Sequence record: OP380601.1
Strand: one strand, 5' to 3'
Length of the DNA stretch: 64,000 nucleotides
Each line of letters starts with the position of its first letter. Within the stretch, counting starts at the first letter, position 1. Below the pieces are notes generated by a model. That model had not been told where the DNA came from and made no database searches. It saw only the letters and a list, made by a program, of their open reading frames with translations. A program made the position numbers and the translations under genes. This document shows positions 57,224 through 64,000 of this stretch, one piece after another.

Positions 57224-58447
57224 ATGGAAAAGAAAAATACCATAGCAAAGCTGCTTTCTGAATCGCAGTCTTCAGCTAGGCTTATTCAGGAAACTGATAC
57301 CGGAGATATGGTATCTAGTCGCCCTACTCTAGTAGCACTGACAAGAAAAACATTTAACAAGATTTACGATCAATTGGCAGGAGTTCAACCTACCAGAACT
57401 CAAATTGCTAACGTATTCGGTGTTAGATATCAATACGAAAGTAAAGAACAACCTACAGAAACTTACGATATCAGCCTTGACTATAAAAACTTCGGTGGTC
57501 ATTATCATATGGATAGTAATCTCCCCGCGCCGACTTCGACAATGGTTGCAGGTGATTATTTTACTTTGAATGGTTATGTGTTCCAAGTAATAAAGCCGGG
57601 AGATTATACTGGCGCATTCTCTGATATTTTTAAAATGGCGTATACTGGAGAAATTCGGTTAGTTGCTGACGCAATAGAACATAGCACCCAAGAATCTGAT
57701 GATATCCAAGATATTCGATTTGTTATGAATAAATGGAAATCTACAGTTCGTAGTCGTAAACTAAGAAGCCAAATATCTCTTGAATTACTTCAAGATATGG
57801 GCGGTATGAATATGGATGGCGATGCGGCAATTGAAGATCTATTATCTGTAGCTATTGCGGAAGAAGTAAACTCCGATATCATTTCTAAGTTGGTAACTGT
57901 TGCCACTAAAGAACAAATCGCGATTCCTTATCTTCATGACACTACTGAATATTTCGCGGGTCGGGATCTGGTTGCTCGGGCGTGTCGTATGGCTGCTCAG
58001 ATCACGCTAGACACGACTTTCAAGCCTACCTATATACTTACCTCAACTCACGTTGGTGCGCTTATACAAGCTTCTGGATTGGTTGATGACGAACATCGTG
58101 TAGTTGGTACGCATATGAAATTGGTTATAGATGCAAAAACCCCAGTTAATTATATGTTGGTTGGTGTTAAAGCAAACCTTGAAGGTCTTGATACAGTTAG
58201 TGCAGTTTATTATTCTCCGTATATCGAAGATGATGACGCCGGAACTTTCATGATCACGGCGGATCCACATGCATTACAACCCGTTGTTGGTGTAATTAAT
58301 CGTTATGCTCTATCTACTTCTCCTGATTTTAGGGTTATAGATGCAGACCCATCAAAAATATATGATGGCGAAGACTGGGTTGCAGCGGCTAATAAATCAC
58401 AATTAGCTCGTATGTGTATGGTACAACTTAAAGATTATACAATTTAA
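57224..58447 (+). CDS. gp24: capsid vertex protein
   Basis: gp23 paralogue: SRPTLVALTR, RKLRSQISLELLQD, VYYSPY. Confidence 0.9.
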   Translation: MEKKNTIAKLLSESQSSARLIQETDTGDMVSSRPTLVALTRKTFNKIYDQLAGVQPTRTQIANVFGVRYQYESKEQPTETYDISLDYKNFGGHYHMDSNLPAPTSTMVAGDYFTLNGYVFQVIKPGDYTGAFSDIFKMAYTGEIRLVADAIEHSTQESDDIQDIRFVMNKWKSTVRSRKLRSQISLELLQDMGGMNMDGDAAIEDLLSVAIAEEVNSDIISKLVTVATKEQIAIPYLHDTTEYFAGRDLVARACRMAAQITLDTTFKPTYILTSTHVGALIQASGLVDDEHRVVGTHMKLVIDAKTPVNYMLVGVKANLEGLDTVSAVYYSPYIEDDDAGTFMITADPHALQPVVGVINRYALSTSPDFRVIDADPSKIYDGEDWVAAANKSQLARMCMVQLKDYTI

Positions 58448-58451
58448 AAAT

Positions 58452-58483
58452 AAAAGCCCCATCCAATTAGGATGGGGCTTTTT
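58452..58483. terminator. bidirectional terminator
   Basis: AAAAGCCCCATC/GATGGGGCTTTT. Confidence 0.75.
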
Positions 58484-58824
58484 TATTGTTGCTCTCTAAC
58501 AGTCTCCATAAAAATAAAATATTTCATATGTTCTATTTCATGGAGTTTTTCATAGGGTACAAGACACGGGTGCGTTTTATCTTCTGTAGATTTTTCTTCT
58601 CCGAATATCCAACCTTGCCCATTTTTATATGTGCGCCAAAGATTATGAACAGTCTGAGAATCCGAATCTGGATGGTCTATAATGTAATTAACGTGTTTAG
58701 TCCAAACACGTTTAACCTTTTCAGGTTCATCTTTCCATAAAGTATCAGTATCACCCAATACCAAATTAAAACGTCTTATTGCGTCATGTGCCTTATGTGC
58801 TATTTTCCGTGGTGAGCTTTTCAT
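58483..58824 (-). CDS. RyR-domain protein (likely start MKSSP)
   Basis: HNLW...GWIFGEEKSTEDKTHPCLVPYEKL. Confidence 0.8.
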   Translation of the reverse strand: MKSSPRKIAHKAHDAIRRFNLVLGDTDTLWKDEPEKVKRVWTKHVNYIIDHPDSDSQTVHNLWRTYKNGQGWIFGEEKSTEDKTHPCLVPYEKLHEIEHMKYFIFMETVREQQ

Positions 58825-58864
58825 TCCAAACCTCTGTTTTATTATTGTTATTCCACAACAATAT

Positions 58865-59416
58865 TTAGAGATTAAAAATGTCAATAGTTTCTAATACCGG
58901 AATATCTTCTACTCCAAGCCATTTACATAGCTTAGATCTCTGTACTGGATTCATAATGTTTAGTGTAGGTATATTTAGGCTTCTTGCTAGTTTAACCGCT
59001 GTTGCAGTTCCACCAGAAACAACACCTCTACTATCCTCATTAGCACAGAATACAACTAGATCTGAATATGTATCAAGATTCAAACCCATAACTTGGGGAA
59101 CGTTTCTAGCATGTAATTCCTGATGACCAATTACCATAAATTCCCAAGCTACATGAAATCGTGAAGCTATTAATTCGAATTCATAATAATTTTTATGATT
59201 CATTACATTTACACATCCAGCCCTATCATCCGGACGATACTTTATACATAATTTAGGATCATAGTTCTTTAAGAATCGTTGATCCGAACCTATTGCATCA
59301 CCAGACCTCGCACCATAACCTTTATCAGAAAATGCTTTACCAATACGGGTCATAAGATCCACATATTGGGGCTCGGGATATCTTGTCCCGATAAGAGTTA
59401 CAATTTTTCTTTTCAT
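58865..59416 (-). CDS. SLOG-superfamily (DprA/Smf-like) protein
   Basis: LIGTRYP..ARSGDAIGSD; HARNVPQVMG; SGGTATAVKLA. Confidence 0.75.
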   Translation of the reverse strand: MKRKIVTLIGTRYPEPQYVDLMTRIGKAFSDKGYGARSGDAIGSDQRFLKNYDPKLCIKYRPDDRAGCVNVMNHKNYYEFELIASRFHVAWEFMVIGHQELHARNVPQVMGLNLDTYSDLVVFCANEDSRGVVSGGTATAVKLARSLNIPTLNIMNPVQRSKLCKWLGVEDIPVLETIDIFNL

Positions 59417-59507
59417 ACATAATTATACCATATCTAAATATATAAAAGAAACAAAATTCGAGCACCGCGAGACGGCGAAGCCGTTGTTCGTTTCACTCAC
59501 ACTTTCT

Positions 59508-59566
59508 AATTATAAAGTTTCTATTAATATATTATAGAACTTTATAATTTGATTACACTTGAAACT
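59508..59566. repeat. third copy of the AT-rich palindrome seen at 16.5-16.7 kb
   Basis: 59508-59551 matches the reverse complement of the 16635-16680 palindrome over 44 nt. Confidence 0.85.
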
Positions 59567-59672
59567 ATATTAATTTTTGCATTTTTAGATTAAAAATGAT
59601 ACAAAATAGGAACCGAAAGGTTCCTATTAACTTATAGTTCATAAACCATCATTTTCTATGATATAATGAAAA

Positions 59673-59900
59673 TTAAAAAATATCAAGCTTTTCTTCATCC
59701 ATCCTTATAAATCCACTCTCTTCGAGATCGTATACGATTAAAATAAACCCATCATCTAACCATGGGCCTACCAAGTGAATAAACTCATAGATATTATCAG
59801 ATATAATCCTATTTCTTAATTTTCTAACCATCTGTATCCCGCCTTTATAACCAAGAAGTAATACAAAATTGTTTTCAATCTTTATGAATCTATAATTCAT
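59673..59900 (-). CDS. hypothetical late protein
   Basis: 75-aa ORF; CTAAATA at 59939-59945. Confidence 0.55.
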   Translation of the reverse strand: MNYRFIKIENNFVLLLGYKGGIQMVRKLRNRIISDNIYEFIHLVGPWLDDGFILIVYDLEESGFIRMDEEKLDIF

Positions 59901-59981
59901 TTTTAATACCCTTGTATACGGCCAAATACGGCCTTTCTTATTTAGGGTATTAAAAAGCCACCCAAAAGGATGGCTTAATTA

Positions 59982-60782
59982 TCAATAAAGAGTATGGTAA
60001 CGTGAGTTTCGACTTTCCCGAACAGTAACACTACCATGGATCTGAATATAGTACAGAACCGTTTTTAGGATAGGATGATCTGTTTCTCTCGGATGTTGGT
60101 CGATTTTTGTTTTCCAATCCTTTCCATTTTCCAGAATCCAATCTAAAATCCAATAAGGACAGTTCATATATTGTTGATTTACCGCACCAATCAAATTGAT
60201 ACGTGGAGTGAATCCAGAAAGATCTGGTTCCAAACTAATTTCTTCTTTTGGTTGCAATTCTGGAACCCATGGGCTTATTTCTTCCGGTAAATTTACCTCA
60301 AGTTGTGAAACCTTGATTTCACCAATAGCTTCGGTTGGTGCTGAAATAACAACTTCACCGGATTGGATAGCTTCCACAATTTCAGTTTTAATATACTCTG
60401 GTAGGTCCTTAATAGGTACGACTTCACCAGGAGCTAAAAACTTTTCCTTATCTTGAACAATCGAATCGAATTCTTCAATATCTTCCGCTTGATCGAGTTC
60501 TTCATCTCCATCAATAATAGGTTTAACTCCTGTATATACCTCTGGGGTTTTGATCTTATTCAGAGGGCTATATTCAAGTTTTTGGTTTTCTTTTGCATCA
60601 GCCATTTCTAGAAGTTTTGTTACCATATCCTCAACTGAAATGTTGGATTTGCTTATCTTAAATCCGCATTCTTTTGCGTATACTTGAATTTTAACCTTAG
60701 CTTCTGGCGCACTATTATCCTCTATAATCTCATTAATTACGCCTAGATCAAATTCCTTAAGTTCTTCTTTTTTACGTGCCAT
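59982..60782 (-). CDS. inh: inhibitor of prohead protease
   Basis: PYWILDWILE..W..LYYIQIHGSVTVRESRNS matches the T4 Inh C-terminus; CTAAATA at 60808-60814. Confidence 0.85.
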   Translation of the reverse strand: MARKKEELKEFDLGVINEIIEDNSAPEAKVKIQVYAKECGFKISKSNISVEDMVTKLLEMADAKENQKLEYSPLNKIKTPEVYTGVKPIIDGDEELDQAEDIEEFDSIVQDKEKFLAPGEVVPIKDLPEYIKTEIVEAIQSGEVVISAPTEAIGEIKVSQLEVNLPEEISPWVPELQPKEEISLEPDLSGFTPRINLIGAVNQQYMNCPYWILDWILENGKDWKTKIDQHPRETDHPILKTVLYYIQIHGSVTVRESRNSRYHTLY

Positions 60783-60806
60783 TAATTTTTCCTCTAATTT
60801 ATATAT

Positions 60807-61070
60807 TTATTTAGGATCGATTTCCTTAATGATATGTTTTATAGCCATGGAGATTTCACCATAGCCAAATATCATACCATATTTAGTTCTTGAGTACCCA
60901 ATATCTTTTCTTATCTGAGTACCTTTGAACTTTGAATGACCCCTATGGTCAGAAACCCTCACCAAATGCCCCTGTACGTCTATATACGTGCTTGTGTTAG
61001 AAGACAGTACCCTACAATCAATACCTCTTCCAATTAGCTCTATCATCAGCTCACGGGCTTTCTTGTTCAT
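60807..61070 (-). CDS. hypothetical protein (start MNKKAR)
   Basis: VRVSDH motif; start overlaps the upstream stop. Confidence 0.6.
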   Translation of the reverse strand: MNKKARELMIELIGRGIDCRVLSSNTSTYIDVQGHLVRVSDHRGHSKFKGTQIRKDIGYSRTKYGMIFGYGEISMAIKHIIKEIDPK

Positions 61071-61732
61071 CAGAAACCTATCCCAGCCATACAATTATTA
61101 AACAGTTCGTCTTTTGTCACATAACCGCCATCGATACTATCCATGGTCTGTTTCAATTTTGCGTTTGTTAGTGCGTTGATAATTTTATATTCCGTCATTT
61201 TATCAGTTCTTCCGGAAAAATTAACTTTATACGTCAATTTTATTTCGTCTTTAACGCAATTACTCAACCACTCAGGGGATTTGTAATCTACTTTCTTTGT
61301 ATTAAACACGAAACCATCAACTGAAATTTTATCGCTCTTGTTATTTTTAACGGACTCAATAACTGTATTTATATTATCCGATGTAGAAAACGATGAAATT
61401 TCTGCTGATTCATTACGAACCATAACCGGTTGGATCGTTTCCGTTCCTACCGATTTCAAAATTGCGATTCGTGATTGATGTAGATCATCAAGTTGTTCAA
61501 CTGAAGTTGCTTTATTTCTAATTTTAATCCAATCGATTTGAGATTTTACAATAGACGGATCGTGTATACGCGCAAGCTTATATACTTTATTAAGTTCTTC
61601 GTCCAGTTTACTCAGTTTTTCGTCATCACAGATCGTCAGTTCTACCGTAGTTGAAGCATTTACACAATCAAATGATGCAGCATGTGAAAACATTGGAAAA
61701 GCAAACATGGCAGCGATCATTAGTTTTTTCAT
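61070..61732 (-). CDS. exported LprI-like (lysozyme inhibitor / DUF1311) protein
   Basis: Signal peptide MKKLMIAAMFAFPMFSHA, then ASFDCVNASTTVELTICDDEKLSKLDEELNKVY..QIDWIKIRN. Confidence 0.75.
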   Translation of the reverse strand: MKKLMIAAMFAFPMFSHAASFDCVNASTTVELTICDDEKLSKLDEELNKVYKLARIHDPSIVKSQIDWIKIRNKATSVEQLDDLHQSRIAILKSVGTETIQPVMVRNESAEISSFSTSDNINTVIESVKNNKSDKISVDGFVFNTKKVDYKSPEWLSNCVKDEIKLTYKVNFSGRTDKMTEYKIINALTNAKLKQTMDSIDGGYVTKDELFNNCMAGIGF

Positions 61733-61763
61733 TTTTAAAATTACCTTTTAATTTAATTGTTAA

Positions 61764-61793
61764 GAAACGTTGACCTTTTCAAGTCAACGTTTC
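61764..61793. terminator. intrinsic terminator
   Basis: GAAACGTTGAC/GTCAACGTTTC. Confidence 0.6.
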
Positions 61794-61801
61794 GTGTCCT
61801 C

Positions 61802-62428
61802 TTATTTCTTGCGCTTTTCTGCTTCTTCAATCGCGGCGATAATCACATTCAGCGGGGTCAGATGACCAAGAATGTAGTAGAAGGCGCGAAGAAACACAGT
61901 TCCTTTGTGACCATGAACAATGTGAACGTTAGCGGTGATACCCATAGTCCCGAACATTTCATCAAGGCGCAGACAACGGTTGTATTGTTCACCACGACGA
62001 TTCATCAGGTCCATGATGGATTCCTTAACTGCGATCTCGCGGGCACTTACTTTCGGCTCAGGAGCTTTTATTTCGGCGGCCTTGATTGTTGCAATCATCG
62101 CAACCACTTGTTCACCAAGAGCAATCAGGGAGTTAACCACTTCTTTATCCATCCGGCCCACTGCGGTTTCTGCCTTTACCAAATACTTTGCGAAAGTCGC
62201 GGTGTTCGGTTGGGCGTAATACAGGTCGCAAGCAGCCTGATTTTCCGGCAGGTCACGTTCTTCGTAGTTGTAAAGGTCGAGATATGCACCGGAGAATTCC
62301 GCACGAATCATATCCATCATAGATGTGCAAAGTGCAAGGGCTCTTTTTTGACCGGCCTTAGAAACAAAACCAGCTTCAACCATCTCAACAGCTTCACCCA
62401 TCAGAATTTCGAATTTTTCGTTGTTCAT
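61802..62428 (-). CDS. hypothetical early protein (start MNNEKF)
   Basis: SD AGGAAGAG; higher GC and host-like codons; own promoter overlapping the upstream terminator. Confidence 0.75.
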   Translation of the reverse strand: MNNEKFEILMGEAVEMVEAGFVSKAGQKRALALCTSMMDMIRAEFSGAYLDLYNYEERDLPENQAACDLYYAQPNTATFAKYLVKAETAVGRMDKEVVNSLIALGEQVVAMIATIKAAEIKAPEPKVSAREIAVKESIMDLMNRRGEQYNRCLRLDEMFGTMGITANVHIVHGHKGTVFLRAFYYILGHLTPLNVIIAAIEEAEKRKK

Positions 62429-62474
62429 GATTCTCTTCCTTTTCATCTCTCGTTTCGATATGAATAAGATACCA

Positions 62475-62504
62475 AAAGGGGTTGACCGATGCAACCCCTT
62501 TTTT
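62475..62504 (-). terminator. terminator overlapping an early promoter
   Basis: AAAAGGGGTTG/CAACCCCTTTT; TTGCAT-N17-TATCTT on the minus strand. Confidence 0.65.
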
Positions 62505-62512
62505 AATTTATT

Positions 62513-63523
62513 TTAGAAATTTCCGTCCAGAATGTTCATCCAGTTATCCCGAACAAGTTCCCCTGCAAGGTTGTTCACTGCTTTACCTACATCAGACGGT
62601 CGATCTGCATCACGGAGACTCTTTTCTGTGTCCTTGGTGTAATCTTCAATTGCATCTTTGGATAGGTTTCCCGCAACCTTACCAAATTCCTTGGTAGTCG
62701 GGATCCCAATCTTACTAAGTACGTTTTTAAGACGATTTACATTTAGATATTCTGCAATCGCATATACCATTTCAAGGTCGGATTCTCCAAGAGGCTCCTT
62801 CACCTTAACTGGGTTATCAGATTTACCTTTCTCGGTAAATTTGGAGTTTTTAGATTTGAAGATCGCTCGACCAAATCGAGTATACTCCACATTAGCAGTT
62901 TTTGCAACAAAACCCTCTGCGATGTTATCAGTCCCTTCAACCAATCCAAATTTACCAGCCTCGTTTGACGGGATTACTATTGATTGGAAGTCATTAGGAA
63001 GTTTGGTAACACCGTCAAAATCCCCAATATATACCACAGGTGCATGTTTGAATTTATTTTTAATAAACTCCATAACTGCATCATGGTGTAGGTAGTAACC
63101 CGACTCTTGCCCTTCTACGAAAACCATGATATCGAATACGTAGAAATCTTGATCCCCATATTCTACTTCTTTTTGGATCTTCTTACCAGAGGTAAGATTA
63201 CCCGCATATTCCCCGAAAATGGTAATTTGTGTTACGTTATCAAAGCACCACAGTTTAATTTCGTTGAATACTTCCCGAGCCTTTTCTTCATAACGTTTTA
63301 CAATGAGATCCGCTTCAAAGAACTGGTCGAAATCACCTAGAAGGTCGGTTCGCCGTCCAGCTTGTACATGAATTTCATTCACTGCCAGTTGAAAATTCGT
63401 TCCATGAATCTTCTCCATTACTACCCATTCAACTCCGGGGGCGGTGTAGCCAGCCGAAACGAATGCATCAATTACGTTCTGACGATAGTGATTCTCAAGA
63501 GAGTTATATTTTACAAAAATCAT
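62513..63523 (-). CDS. rnl2: RNA ligase 2
   Basis: FVKYNSLENHY; motif I EKIHGTNF; IFGEYAG; FYVFDI; AEGFV; FKSKNSKFTE. Confidence 0.95.
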   Translation of the reverse strand: MIFVKYNSLENHYRQNVIDAFVSAGYTAPGVEWVVMEKIHGTNFQLAVNEIHVQAGRRTDLLGDFDQFFEADLIVKRYEEKAREVFNEIKLWCFDNVTQITIFGEYAGNLTSGKKIQKEVEYGDQDFYVFDIMVFVEGQESGYYLHHDAVMEFIKNKFKHAPVVYIGDFDGVTKLPNDFQSIVIPSNEAGKFGLVEGTDNIAEGFVAKTANVEYTRFGRAIFKSKNSKFTEKGKSDNPVKVKEPLGESDLEMVYAIAEYLNVNRLKNVLSKIGIPTTKEFGKVAGNLSKDAIEDYTKDTEKSLRDADRPSDVGKAVNNLAGELVRDNWMNILDGNF

Positions 63524-63550
63524 TTATTCTTCCTCATAATTTAAATTTAA

Positions 63551-63856
63551 TTAGTCATAAAATCCAGATTTTTTACTATCACGAAGGTTGCGCTGGATTA
63601 CCGGATCCTTATCGTGACATTCATAACAGTAATATCCTGCAAATACATTTCCGATAAGTTGTTCTTTATCTTTTGCTATACCACAACATGTACATACAAA
63701 ATACTTTTTACCGGTGTTGACAAGTTCACACTGTTCATTCAAAAAGTCAAGTGGTTTGTTTTTAGGCAAAGCCTCTTGATCTCGACCGTTAGTGTTTCGC
63801 CAAATCGATGTACTACATTTTGAAAAATATATGTGCGGGTATTGATCTTTAATCAT
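63551..63856 (-). CDS. small Cys-rich hypothetical protein
   Basis: CTCC...CYECH. Confidence 0.6.
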   Translation of the reverse strand: MIKDQYPHIYFSKCSTSIWRNTNGRDQEALPKNKPLDFLNEQCELVNTGKKYFVCTCCGIAKDKEQLIGNVFAGYYCYECHDKDPVIQRNLRDSKKSGFYD

Positions 63857-63999
63857 TTTTGGTTTTCCTTATACAATTTATTTACAAAATTAATAATTAC
63901 TGGATGTGGTTTACTCACATTAAATTTGTGGTTAACTACTTTTGCTTTGTACCCACCACCATAATAATTTTTGTTTTTAACTTTTTGTTTATGAATAAT
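63853..63999 (-). CDS. hypothetical protein (partial, 3' end only)
   Basis: Open frame ...IIHKQKVKNKNYYGGGYK...KENQK; TGA overlaps the next ATG. Confidence 0.45.
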   Translation of the reverse strand: MIHKQKVKNKNYYGGGYKAKVVNHKFNVSKPHPVIINFVNKLYKENQK

Positions 64000-64000
64000 T

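Noticed and set aside
61757-62467. 236-aa plus-strand ORF antisense to the 61802-62428 gene
   Set aside because: Same codon-bias shadow; the minus-strand gene has the SD, promoter and terminator

Overview
64 kb of a lytic T4-like (Straboviridae-type) myophage genome, AT-rich, with no host genes. The left arm (1-13.1 kb, minus strand) is an accessory and tRNA region. It holds 16 tRNA genes, at least three tRNA-like or CCA-ended RNAs, five 200-320 nt hairpin-dense non-coding segments, a GREB1/TAGT-type glycosyltransferase, a zeta-toxin-like kinase, a J-domain protein, gp57A and dNMP kinase gp1. The centre (13.1-58.4 kb) is the virion module: 3, 29, 51/26, 54, 2, an HNH endonuclease and 4 on the minus strand, then 48, 53, 27, 5, 5.1, 5.4, 25, 6-12, wac, an extra adhesin-like gene, 13-20, 67, 68 and 21-24 on the plus strand. 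The right end (minus strand) has RyR-domain, SLOG/DprA-like, inh, LprI-like and rnl2 genes. Late promoters are CTAAATA rather than T4 TATAAATA. This and the gene order suggest the Aeh1/KVP40-like side of the T4 group, but the host cannot be read from this window. Strongest candidates for new biology: (1) a predicted -1 ribosomal frameshift (T TTT TTC) fusing gp26 to a start-less gp51-like ORF just upstream of the tape-measure gene, i.e. a lambda G/GT-like arrangement in a T4-type tail; (2) an array of unexplained structured RNAs interleaved with tRNAs; (3) a 204-bp element with perfect 30-bp terminal inverted repeats whose palindromic core recurs 43 kb away; (4) a fibritin with four foldon-like motifs followed by a lectin/Ig adhesin-like gene. 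All family assignments come from recalled motifs and gene order; no database searches or folding programs were run.
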